Shown: piece after piece, positions 18,398 to 26,754 of the stretch
Layout of the letters: every line of letters starts with the position of its first letter
Numbering within the stretch: position 1 is the stretch's first letter
Source: Patescibacteria group bacterium
GTDB taxonomy: Bacteria > Patescibacteriota > Minisyncoccia > Phycocordibacterales > Phycocordibacteraceae
Assembly (NCBI GenBank): GCA_040390125.1
Contig: JAZJYZ010000001.1
Coordinates: 442,396-506,395 of the forward strand
Reading direction: 5' to 3'
Length of the DNA: 64,000 nucleotides
Made by a program: the position numbers and the translations under genes
The notes under the pieces: model-generated
What the model saw: the letters and a program-made list of their open reading frames with translations, nothing else
Told to the model about the DNA's origin: nothing
The model's database searches: none

Positions 18398-19354
18398 TTA
18401 ATCTGCTTCGAAGAGTTCACTCAATGATTCACCCTTGTTGATACGATTGATCGCTTTCCCAAATATTTCAGCAACTGAAATTACTTGTATTTTTGATGAG
18501 AGTGCTTGTTTTGGAAGAATGGTGTCGGTAATAAAGACTTTTTTTACTTCGCACCTATCAATAGCCGACATGGCATCACCTGAAAGCACTCCATGTGTTG
18601 CGGCGGCGTATATTTCCGTAGCACCGTTCTCTTTGAGAAGTGCACTCGCTTTTTCTAGAGTCCCACAGGTGTCGAGCATGTCGTCAATAATGAGTGCAAC
18701 TTTACCTTTTACATCCCCAACCAACTTCATTGAAGTTACTTGATTAGGAATTTCTCGCTGTTTGTGGATTATAGCCAGGTCAACATTGCGAGTAAGGCGT
18801 TTTGCATATGACTGTGCACGACTCACTCCGCCCACATCAGGGGAAACAACAACCAACTCTTCTTTTGCGAGTGCCTCAGCAAAGAACGATTGAAAAAATG
18901 AAATGAAGACCGGACGTGCGTACAGATAGTCAACGTTTGTGGTACGAAAGAATCCCCCAATGGAATCGGTATGAAGGTCCATTGCTAAAATTTTGTCTGC
19001 TCCCAAAGTCTCTAAAATCATTGCAAATACACGGGCGGATATTGGTTCACGTGGTTTCGCTTTTCGTTCCTGTCTTGCGTATCCGTAATAGGGAAGGACG
19101 GCAGTAATTTCTCTAGCGGATGCACCCCGTGCGGCCTCTATAGCGAGGAAAAGGCGGGTCCAGTGTTCAGCGGGCGGGTTTGTTGATTGAATGAGAAAGA
19201 TGTCCTTGCCACGCAAGTTTTCCATGAACTGTACGTGTTGTTCTCCATCAGAGAAGGTTTTGAGTCGTACCTTTCCCAAAGAGATGCCAAGATTGGATGC
19301 AATATTTTCGGCAAGAGGGTCATTCGAGCCCAAACTGAATACAGCGTAGTCCAT
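18398..19354 (-). CDS. prs: Ribose-phosphate pyrophosphokinase
   Basis: FSDGE, PYYGYARQ, MDLH, VVSPDVGGV, IIDDMLDTCGT, ATHGVLSG. Confidence 0.96.
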   Translation of the reverse strand: MDYAVFSLGSNDPLAENIASNLGISLGKVRLKTFSDGEQHVQFMENLRGKDIFLIQSTNPPAEHWTRLFLAIEAARGASAREITAVLPYYGYARQERKAKPREPISARVFAMILETLGADKILAMDLHTDSIGGFFRTTNVDYLYARPVFISFFQSFFAEALAKEELVVVSPDVGGVSRAQSYAKRLTRNVDLAIIHKQREIPNQVTSMKLVGDVKGKVALIIDDMLDTCGTLEKASALLKENGATEIYAAATHGVLSGDAMSAIDRCEVKKVFITDTILPKQALSSKIQVISVAEIFGKAINRINKGESLSELFEAD

Positions 19355-19482
19355 TGCTAGGGAGTATATCAAGAACTATCTCTAATGTGTAACGTTTCTT
19401 GCATACAGGAGGTTATTGTTTGGGTGGCAGAATTAATGCATGAAAACACAGTCTGCCTTATACTGGCGTCTATAGATTCTGT

Positions 19483-19911
19483 ATGATTACCGTTGGTCAA
19501 TTGAAAGAGGTATCTATTGAGAACTGTAAGGAACTGGAACTCCTTGCAAGCGCTTTGCATGTGAGTGAGCGTAAAACATCACCGAAAGAGATTGATGCAA
19601 TTCTTAAAAATCCATACATTATTTTCGTTGTTGCAAAAGATGACAGTCGTATTATTGGCATGGGCGCACTCTATCTTAATCAAAAAATTGGCAAGCTTGC
19701 TGGATATATAGATGACGTCATTGTTGATGCCACGTATCGGGGGCAGGGCTTGGGGGAAAAAATTGTTCAAGCGATTATTACATCTGCACGGGAGCACCAC
19801 GTACCATCAATTACACTTACATCGAGCTCCAAGCGTACGGCTGCACATAGACTCTATGAGAAACTTGGTTTCAAAAAGTACGAAACCAATGTTTTTAAGA
19901 TTTCTTTGTAA
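19483..19911 (+). CDS. GNAT-family N-acetyltransferase
   Basis: IDDVIVDATYRGQGLG, LTSS..R.AAHRLYEKLGF. Confidence 0.9.
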   Translation: MITVGQLKEVSIENCKELELLASALHVSERKTSPKEIDAILKNPYIIFVVAKDDSRIIGMGALYLNQKIGKLAGYIDDVIVDATYRGQGLGEKIVQAIITSAREHHVPSITLTSSSKRTAAHRLYEKLGFKKYETNVFKISL

Positions 19912-19922
19912 TACCTTTTCAT

Positions 19923-21068
19923 ATGTCACGGGTAAAAATTACGGAATACCGAGCTAAGAAACTTATACTTGGAGACGTATATGCTGGTCTCTCCTTGTCG
20001 GATATCTCTCATGTTGGGTTTACGAAACCCAACATGGTGGTGAAGGTTGATCAAGGGGTTAAGAAACGCTTCAAGCAGGGGCTTGTTGCGGTCAATGTTT
20101 CTTCAAAGGAGGTAGGGCAGAAAGTAAAAGAATGGGAACAGCGAGGCTTTTCTCGTTTCCTTGCGGAGCCGTATGTACCGCATGAGGAGTCGGAAGAGCA
20201 GTATCTCTCGCTTGAGCGAGTACGGAGTGGTATACGGATATTGCATGCGTCTGCCGGTGGTATAGATATCGAAGCGCACCCTGAGCTAGTAAAAACATAT
20301 CTCATCAACCCGGCACTCCCATATATGGGAGTGCCGGGAATTCCTAAAAAATTCTTACAGCACCTCCTGGAGGTATTTGAGAAAAACTTTTTTTCCTTTC
20401 TTGAAATCAATCCACTCGTTGTTCGGGAGAATGAAGTGTATCTCCTTGACGCTGCGGTGCTTGTAGACAGTGCTGGAGTATTTTTTGTGAACGGTGCGTG
20501 GACTGAAGCTGATATTGTTGAAGGCAAAGCACGACACTCCGCAGAAGAAAAAGTACAGGCACTACAAAAAACAACCCCGGCATCCTTGAAGCTCACTACT
20601 CTTCACCCTAGGGGTGGTTTATTTTTTCTTTTATCGGGAGGTGGTGGAAGTATCGTTATTGCAGATGAAGCGGAGCTTAATGGCGTCGGAAAATCTATCG
20701 GCAATTATGGAGAGTATAGCGGTGGTCCGACTCGAGAAGAAACACACCTCTATGCTAGAGAGGTAATTCAACTTTTACTTGATTCTCCCGCAAAGAAAAA
20801 AGCACTCGTTATTGCGGGTGGAATTGCAAACTTTACTGATATCAAAGCAACTTTTGCAGGCATCATTGATGCCTTGTCGGAGTGTGCGGGCGCACTTCGA
20901 AAGAGTGGAGTTAAGGTCTTTGTGCGTCGTGGTGGGCCGAATGAAGCAGAAGGACTTCTCTACATGGAAGAGTACCTAAAGAGGGAAAAGATACTTGGGG
21001 CGGTTTATGGATCGAGTTCAGTGATTACGAGTGCGGTGGACGATGCAATAGCATTTCTAAAAACATGA
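19923..21068 (+). CDS. aclB: ATP-citrate lyase, ATP-grasp/citrate-binding subunit
   Basis: VVKVDQGVKKRFKQGLV, LEINP, ASLKL, GGGGS, NYGEYSG, IAGGIANFTD, VRRGGPN. Confidence 0.85.
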   Translation: MSRVKITEYRAKKLILGDVYAGLSLSDISHVGFTKPNMVVKVDQGVKKRFKQGLVAVNVSSKEVGQKVKEWEQRGFSRFLAEPYVPHEESEEQYLSLERVRSGIRILHASAGGIDIEAHPELVKTYLINPALPYMGVPGIPKKFLQHLLEVFEKNFFSFLEINPLVVRENEVYLLDAAVLVDSAGVFFVNGAWTEADIVEGKARHSAEEKVQALQKTTPASLKLTTLHPRGGLFFLLSGGGGSIVIADEAELNGVGKSIGNYGEYSGGPTREETHLYAREVIQLLLDSPAKKKALVIAGGIANFTDIKATFAGIIDALSECAGALRKSGVKVFVRRGGPNEAEGLLYMEEYLKREKILGAVYGSSSVITSAVDDAIAFLKT

Positions 21069-22870
21069 CTATTTTAGAATCAATACGCAAAGGAAGAACA
21101 AACATCCTTGTTATCGGAAATCATCCGGGCATTATTCAGTCGGTGCTTGATTTTGATTTTCTCTCCGGCAAGCGTGAGCCTTCAATATTGGGAATAGTGG
21201 CAGGGAATCGTAAAGCAGAAAAATATTTTTTTGGCACCCAAGAAGTTCTTTTACCTTGCTATAAAAACATTCAAGTCGCTTCGGAAACGTTGGGTTCAAA
21301 AGTTGACTGGATGCTTAACCTCCAGTCAGGACGTCGTACGTATGATTCGACGGTTTCATTTTTTAATTTTTTCCAAAATGCCCTTGGTGCTCATATCTTT
21401 GCAGAAAACGTTCCAGAGAGCCACGCCACAAAACTGACTGAACTCTTTGGTGCTCAGTATTTTATTGTAGGGCCTTCTGGCGTGGGCCTCCTTGTGCCAG
21501 GAGCATTAAAGCTTGGGGCAATTGGGGGTGTGGATGCTGTGCAAATTAAATCTGGAGCACTAACGAGTGCTGGAACTATAGCTGTTGGTTCTACTTCGGG
21601 AGGTATGACCAATGAACTTATTCATGCGACTGCTAAAGCTGGAAAAAGAATTTCGTTTGCAATAGCTATCGGCGGAGATAGGTTTCCCGTCGTGTCTTTA
21701 ACACAGATATTTACTCTTGCCGAAAATGACCCTCACACGAAAGGATTTGTATATTTTGGTGAGCTTGGTGGCGTTGATGAGTATGAAATTATTGAACTTA
21801 TTAAGACGAAAAAATTTACGAAACCACTCGTTGCCTATATTGCAGGAGTTATTGATGAAGCCTTTGATGAGCATGTGCAGTTTGGGCATGCAAAGGCACT
21901 GGTGCAAACAATGGATGAAAGTGCACGGGCAAAACGGGAAGCGCTTCGGGAGGCTGGTGTTATCGCTCCCGACACCTTTCCTCAGTTTCTTAAAGAACTT
22001 CAAAAACTTCCGGGAGACACGTATACTGAGAGCGTAATGGATATTCAACCACTTCAGGGACGACAGAAAAGCATTCTTTCCACCAGAAAAGTTTTGGATG
22101 TAGACGAGGGTCGTGTGTTTGTGAAAGGTAAAAAGCTTTTGAAAGGTAAGGACAATGCATTCGTGGAGGCAACGCTTGGTGCACTTCTTGGAAAGTCTGT
22201 ACGCTCACCTATAACACTAGCGTTCACCGAAGCCGTTTTTGAGATGCTTATAGATCACGGGGGCAATGTGTCTGGGGCAGTTAACACGATGATTACAGCG
22301 CGTGCTGGCAAAGATCTGGTTTCTTCACTTGCTTCGGGTCTTCTCACGGTGGGCCCTCGTTTCGGAGGAGCAATAAACGAAGCAGCGAGTTTGTGGATTT
22401 CAGGAGTGGTATCTCAAAAAACAGGTTTGGAGTTTGTGGCGGAAAAAGCAAAGGCAGGGGGGTTAATCTTAGGTATTGGACATAAAAAATACCGCATTGG
22501 TCTTCCTGATCCTCGTGTCAAAGCTCTTGGTGAATTCGCTACACTTTTAAAGAAACATCCACATTATGATTTTGCACGAAGTGTTGAGAAAGCTACGACC
22601 TCAAAAAATGGAAAATTGATTTTAAACATTGATGGTGCAATTGCTGCACTGCTTTTGGACATCTTGAGTGAATGTGAAGGAATGAGCGAGCGTGAACTCC
22701 AAGAACTTGCAGATGCTGAGTTTTTCAATGCGTTCTTTGTTATTCCTCGTTCAGTTGGTTTCATTGCACATTTCATGGAACAAAAGAAAAATGACGAAGG
22801 TTTGTTCCGCCTTCCTGATGAATTGTTGTTTGTGAGAGAAAGTGCCCCAAAGAAAGGGAAGAAGAAATAA
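21065..22870 (+). CDS. aclA: ATP-citrate lyase, CoA-binding/citryl-CoA lyase subunit
   Basis: QSVLDFDF, SGGMTNEL, IGGDRFP, phospho-His QFGHA, DHGGNVSGA, GPRFGGA, GIGH, LNIDG. Confidence 0.88.
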   Translation: MTILESIRKGRTNILVIGNHPGIIQSVLDFDFLSGKREPSILGIVAGNRKAEKYFFGTQEVLLPCYKNIQVASETLGSKVDWMLNLQSGRRTYDSTVSFFNFFQNALGAHIFAENVPESHATKLTELFGAQYFIVGPSGVGLLVPGALKLGAIGGVDAVQIKSGALTSAGTIAVGSTSGGMTNELIHATAKAGKRISFAIAIGGDRFPVVSLTQIFTLAENDPHTKGFVYFGELGGVDEYEIIELIKTKKFTKPLVAYIAGVIDEAFDEHVQFGHAKALVQTMDESARAKREALREAGVIAPDTFPQFLKELQKLPGDTYTESVMDIQPLQGRQKSILSTRKVLDVDEGRVFVKGKKLLKGKDNAFVEATLGALLGKSVRSPITLAFTEAVFEMLIDHGGNVSGAVNTMITARAGKDLVSSLASGLLTVGPRFGGAINEAASLWISGVVSQKTGLEFVAEKAKAGGLILGIGHKKYRIGLPDPRVKALGEFATLLKKHPHYDFARSVEKATTSKNGKLILNIDGAIAALLLDILSECEGMSERELQELADAEFFNAFFVIPRSVGFIAHFMEQKKNDEGLFRLPDELLFVRESAPKKGKKK

Positions 22871-23505
22871 TGGGCAAGATTATCTTGATAGGAGGTCCAC
22901 CTCGGAGTGGAAAAACAACTCTTGCGCAAAAAATATCTGAGGAAACTGGCATCTCGTGGGTTTCATCGGATGCATTGGATGATATTGCAAAAAGATATGT
23001 TCCCGAATCTGATCTAGAAAGACTATTTCCAAAAACTACTCTACGAATCAAAAGCGGTGGTGAAAACGATGGAATGTACGTCGCTTTCTCAATTGAAGAA
23101 ATAGTTTCCGCATATATAAAACAGGCAGAAACTATTCATAAGGCTATTGAAAGCTTTATTCTTTGTGCGAATGTTGAGGATTGGAATTACGTAATTGAAG
23201 GCTATCATGTCACTCCCAAGCTCATTGCAAAGTTACGATCTGAAAATATAGACACTTCATCCGTGATGCTCATTAGCACCAAAGCAGAGGAGGTGATTGA
23301 GCGAAGTATAAAAAGCGACACAAAGCAGGACTGGCTAAGAGATAACACGAAAAATCAAGAGACTTTTCAAAAAATAGCGGACATGATTAGCTTATTCAGT
23401 AAAAAACTAAAACAAGAAGCCGAAGAAAACGGCATTAAGGTTATAGATACAAGTGAAAATTTTGAAACAAAATTTCAAGAAGCATTCGACTACCTTATAA
23501 AATAA
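22870..23505 (+). CDS. P-loop kinase (2-phosphoglycerate-kinase/AAA-like)
   Basis: IILIGGPPRSGKTT Walker A, VIEG. Confidence 0.65.
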   Translation: MGKIILIGGPPRSGKTTLAQKISEETGISWVSSDALDDIAKRYVPESDLERLFPKTTLRIKSGGENDGMYVAFSIEEIVSAYIKQAETIHKAIESFILCANVEDWNYVIEGYHVTPKLIAKLRSENIDTSSVMLISTKAEEVIERSIKSDTKQDWLRDNTKNQETFQKIADMISLFSKKLKQEAEENGIKVIDTSENFETKFQEAFDYLIK

Positions 23506-23552
23506 TTTTTAAATACAAACACTTTAGGCTATTATTGCCTCTGTATTTCTAC

Positions 23553-23629
23553 GGGCGGCTAGCTCAGCTGGTTAGAGCGTTCGCCTCACACGCGAAAGGT
23601 CACAGGTTCGAATCCTGTGCTGCCCACCA
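23553..23629 (+). tRNA. tRNA-Val(CAC)
   Basis: Cloverleaf with TTCGC-CTCACAC-GCGAA anticodon arm, GTTCGAAT, encoded CCA. Confidence 0.95.
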
Positions 23630-23799
23630 AACAAGGAAATGACGTGCGAAGCACTTCGTGACATTGTTTGTGAGGCAGCACAGGCTTCGAAAGACGGAGG
23701 CGGTATACAAGACGAGCTTGGCGAGTGCTTGTCGCCGAGCCGGGGTTGCGGAAATTTTATATAATAAAATTATCTGTGACCGAATCCTGTGCTACCCAC
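23630..23799 (+). other. tRNA-3'-attached element (antisense copy + core + direct copy of the tRNA-Val 3' end)
   Basis: 23670-23691 is the near reverse complement of 23607-23627; 23781-23799 matches 23609-23627 at 18/19. Confidence 0.75.
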
Positions 23800-23894
23800 A
23801 AGTTCTTTTAAAACATCAAGCGGGGCGTAAGCAGAACTTTCGCCCTCGCTCCTCGAAAAGAATACACGCAAGCGTGATATTATCTTTCTCGTCG

Positions 23895-23968
23895 CGGGGC
23901 GTAGTATACCGGTAGTACATACGATTCGGGTTCGTATAGACCGAGTTCGATTCTCGGCGCCCCGACCA
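23895..23968 (+). tRNA. tRNA-Pro(CGG)
   Basis: CGGGGCG acceptor, TACGA-TTCGGGT-TCGTA arm, encoded CCA. Confidence 0.93.
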
Positions 23969-24010
23969 TAGAGGTATTTAATAAATTTTGCTAGAGTATC
24001 TTTTGTTCAT

Positions 24011-24081
24011 GGGCCTATAGTCAAGTGGTACGATGCTACATTCGCATTGTAGAGGCGCGAGTTCGATTCTCGCTAGGTCCA
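24011..24081 (+). tRNA. tRNA-Ala(CGC), CCA not encoded
   Basis: GGGCCTA/TAGGTCC stem with G3:U70, CTACA-TTCGCAT-TGTAG arm. Confidence 0.92.
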
Positions 24082-24163
24082 CATTGCTCCAGGGAGCAAA
24101 GCTCGCAGGAGCTCTTTCGAAGAAAATGAGAATACTTGGTATTCTGTATTTTCCTTCTCATTC

Positions 24164-24235
24164 GCTCCTGTCGTTCAATGGATAGGATGCCTCCCTCCGA
24201 AGGAGGCGATGTCAGTTCGATTCTGGCCAGGAGCA
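24164..24235 (+). tRNA. tRNA-Arg(CCG), CCA not encoded
   Basis: GCTCCTG/CAGGAGC stem, CCTCC-CTCCGAA-GGAGG arm, GTTCGATT. Confidence 0.92.
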
Positions 24236-24251
24236 CTAACTAAGAGAGCAG

Positions 24252-24279
24252 ATTGTGCAACCTCCGGAGGTTGCACAAT
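24252..24279. repeat. Perfect 28-bp palindrome
   Basis: ATTGTGCAACCTCC|GGAGGTTGCACAAT. Confidence 0.8.
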
Positions 24280-24325
24280 TGCAAGAAACTGTACCTTTTC
24301 TGGTCGTGTATGTTTTAATTCCCGA

Positions 24326-24361
24326 TATAGTATAATTTCACGGTCGTGAAATTATACTATA
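24326..24361. repeat. 36-bp palindrome family, copy 1
   Basis: TATAGTATAATTTCACG-GT-CGTGAAATTATACTATA. Confidence 0.85.
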
Positions 24362-24442
24362 CAGCGTTATTCTCATTTTCTGCACAGTATCTCTGTCTGG
24401 AATCTTGACAGGGTTGTTTAAAAATTTTATCGTATCAGTTAT

Positions 24443-24634
24443 ATGGAGAGTAGAATTAGCTTGCGAGATTCTTTTGATGTTCGTCAAGAACGTAGACTTC
24501 GAAGGGAATTGTTCGTGCGATTTTTAGGGTTTACTCTTTCAGGGGCAGTGCTTGCACTTTCCAACAATTCTTTTGGATCCAATCAATCTCGACACGAGCG
24601 ACCCGCTATAACAAGCACACCACACGCAAAATAA
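24443..24634 (+). CDS. Orphan 63-aa protein with one hydrophobic segment
   Basis: TTGACA(24405)-17-TATCGT upstream; ORF track. Confidence 0.5.
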   Translation: MESRISLRDSFDVRQERRLRRELFVRFLGFTLSGAVLALSNNSFGSNQSRHERPAITSTPHAK

Positions 24635-24728
24635 ATTTGTCTCTAAAAATATTTGAGATGCCACTAGTCTTCAGATGTAAGTATTTTTCGAACATTTAGC
24701 TACGTCGTTCCCATACGCAATCATTCCT

Positions 24729-25307
24729 ATGAAATCACGCTCATATCGAAAACCTCTTTTACCTGAAAATGCGAAGCGAGTTTTTGAAGGAAAGATTTTT
24801 GATGTCTATCAATGGGACCAGAAAGTATACGATGACAGTATTCATGTCTACGAAAAGGCCTCAAGGCCAGATACTGCGGTAGTTTTTCCGATCACTGAAG
24901 ATGGACACATTCTCATAATAGAGGATTCACAGCCACATCGAGGTATGGTGCTCACTGCCGTAAGCGGAAGGATAGAGGAAGGCGAAAATCCAGAGGATGG
25001 TGCGAAGAGAGAATTATTGGAAGAGACAGGATATGAAGCGAGCAGTTGGGAGCCTTTTTACACCACTGCGCCAGTAGAAAAACTTGATTGGATGAATTAT
25101 GTATTCATTGCCAAAGGGTGCAGGAAAGTTAAAGATGCTGAGCCTGATCCCGGAGAAAAAATAGTTACACAACTAGTCACGTTTGATGAGTTAATTTCTT
25201 TATCTGCGGAAGGGAAGTTACGTGGAAAAGATTTCTCAATCATGGTACTTCAGGCAATGCTGAATCCTGAAAAAATGAAAGAGCTCCGAAATAAATTTGC
25301 CAACTAA
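24729..25307 (+). CDS. NUDIX hydrolase (ADP-ribose pyrophosphatase-like)
   Basis: Nudix box GRIEEGENPEDGAKRELLEETGY. Confidence 0.9.
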   Translation: MKSRSYRKPLLPENAKRVFEGKIFDVYQWDQKVYDDSIHVYEKASRPDTAVVFPITEDGHILIIEDSQPHRGMVLTAVSGRIEEGENPEDGAKRELLEETGYEASSWEPFYTTAPVEKLDWMNYVFIAKGCRKVKDAEPDPGEKIVTQLVTFDELISLSAEGKLRGKDFSIMVLQAMLNPEKMKELRNKFAN

Positions 25308-25339
25308 AAATTTTCCGTTAGTATCTAAACTTTCAGTAC

Positions 25340-25410
25340 GGGCCTATAGTGAAGCGGTATCACGCAACCATGGCATGGTTGAAGTCGGGGTTCGACTCCC
25401 CGTAGGTCCA
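25340..25410 (+). tRNA. tRNA-Ala(GGC), CCA not encoded
   Basis: GGGCCTA/TAGGTCC stem with G3:U70, CAACC-ATGGCAT-GGTTG arm, GTTCGACT. Confidence 0.92.
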
Positions 25411-25569
25411 CTCGCAAAGCGAGTGGAATACAGCAGGCAAATTTCTTTGCCTGCGTGGGGAGTCGAAGGACGGAGTAATGTTTTTTGTTTCAAAAAACTA
25501 CGAGGCGGGCCTGCGACCGAGCCGAACATGGGTGAGGTGAGAGTTGTAGGCGACTCCCCGTAGGTCCAC
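25411..25569 (+). other. tRNA-3'-attached element (antisense copy + core + direct copy of the tRNA-Ala 3' end)
   Basis: GGGGAGTCGAA (to 25467) is antisense to the T-arm; 25551-25569 is identical to 25393-25411. Confidence 0.75.
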
Positions 25570-25594
25570 AGAAATAAGGCGCTGCGCCTATATT

Positions 25595-25677
25595 TCGTAG
25601 GATGCCGGAATCTGATTCCGGCGCCACAAAAAACTACATTGCTCGTAGGATGTCGAAATTCCTATTTTGACGCCACA
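25595..25677 (+). repeat. Two ~35-nt direct repeats, each with an internal hairpin
   Basis: TCGTAGGATGCCGGAATCTGATTCCGGCGCCACA (25595-25628) and TCGTAGGATGTCGAAATTCCTATTTTGACGCCACA (25643-25677). Confidence 0.65.
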
Positions 25678-25697
25678 GCTGTTCAGTAGTTTTTAAA

Positions 25698-26075
25698 TCA
25701 ACGCAACATGTCCCCCAAGGAAGTTCCTGAAGCTATTGATAGATAAACCATCAGTATTAAAAGTAGTATAAAAGCGACTAAAGATAATACTACAAAAGGC
25801 ATCGAAACATATCTTAATGCTGTAATGATTACATGATTAAGGGTTTTTATAAATCCTTGGGGCTTTAGAGATGTTTTCTTATATCCGCGAGCACATAAAA
25901 AAATAAGGCCCCAGAAAACCAAAAGGAAAAAAACTTGGCGTATATCGAACGCAGAATTTGAGGAAGGAATGAGTTGTAAGTAGTGCAGAACAAAGGCAGT
26001 CGCAAGTACTATATAAATTCCTAAAGAATAAATAAGATTTTTGTTCATACGCATAAGATGATGTATTGAGTACAA
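25698..26075 (-). CDS. Hypothetical membrane protein (about 3 TM)
   Basis: Three hydrophobic segments; AT-rich. Confidence 0.6.
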   Translation of the reverse strand: MYSIHHLMRMNKNLIYSLGIYIVLATAFVLHYLQLIPSSNSAFDIRQVFFLLVFWGLIFLCARGYKKTSLKPQGFIKTLNHVIITALRYVSMPFVVLSLVAFILLLILMVYLSIASGTSLGDMLR

Positions 26076-26186
26076 ATTTATTATAACAAATAATAGATTT
26101 AATTTTTACAATTTTTTGCGATCAAAATATTTCATATGTCAATCACATGACGCTTTTGCGAGAGTGAAGCGATTGGGTGTACTTGC

Positions 26187-26687
26187 TCACCACACCCACT
26201 TCACTGTTACAAAAGCAATGGCGATAATGCTCAGCAGTGTCACGCTTTGCAGTGCCATCAGGAGATATTTATGCGAACGTTTCGCATACGCTTTTCTTTT
26301 AAGATAGGCGTGCCATCCTTGATGCACTAATAAAATATTTCCAGTAAGTGCGAAAACCAATATTAATCCAGAGATCTGATCGTTCAATGAAAGTGCATCA
26401 AATCCATACAAGGCTATACTTGCACCGACTCCGGCAAGAATAACGTCTGTTATTGCGTTCTCTGCGTCTTCCACAACTCCCGCACCAAGTTCAAGTATTT
26501 CGTAGACTATAGCTCCTCCAATTATCGCTATCAGGGCATAGAGGGTAGGTACTTGGAGAAATAATGCGAACGCACCAAATGTCAGCCCAGAGAGCAAGTG
26601 TACGAGTGACCAGAAATCCGCATAGCGACCATGCTCCCATCCGAAGTGAATTAATTTTGATGCTGTGCGTTCAAAGTGGGAGTCCAT
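26187..26687 (-). CDS. Hypothetical membrane protein (DxWSxxH...YE...E...N..TD motif)
   Basis: DFWSLVHLLSG, YEILE, ENAITDV; start placed at MDSHF. Confidence 0.7.
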   Translation of the reverse strand: MDSHFERTASKLIHFGWEHGRYADFWSLVHLLSGLTFGAFALFLQVPTLYALIAIIGGAIVYEILELGAGVVEDAENAITDVILAGVGASIALYGFDALSLNDQISGLILVFALTGNILLVHQGWHAYLKRKAYAKRSHKYLLMALQSVTLLSIIAIAFVTVKWVW

Positions 26688-26754
26688 ATTCTCTTCCTCA
26701 GTATACCTCTGTGCACCTCCATCATTTGCCCTCCTCACAATAGCGGGTCATACT

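Noticed and set aside
19923-22870. Succinyl-CoA synthetase (sucCD) or evidence of carbon fixation
   Set aside because: The citrate-synthase-like C-terminal domain and GGIANFT motif indicate ACL; no other rTCA genes are in the window.
23658-25563. ORF-track entries overlapping tRNAs and their attached elements (23658-23915, 24036-24236, 25297-25563, 25344-25529)
   Set aside because: They overlap clear tRNA cloverleaves or structured repeats and have no protein motifs.
23553-25569. Integrated prophage or genomic island bounded by tRNA direct repeats
   Set aside because: The repeats enclose under 200 nt each and no integrase or phage genes are present.
25551-25677. Possible mini-CRISPR array
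   Set aside because: Only two degenerate units, spacer about 14 nt, no cas genes; the PD-(D/E)xK gene is distant and solitary.
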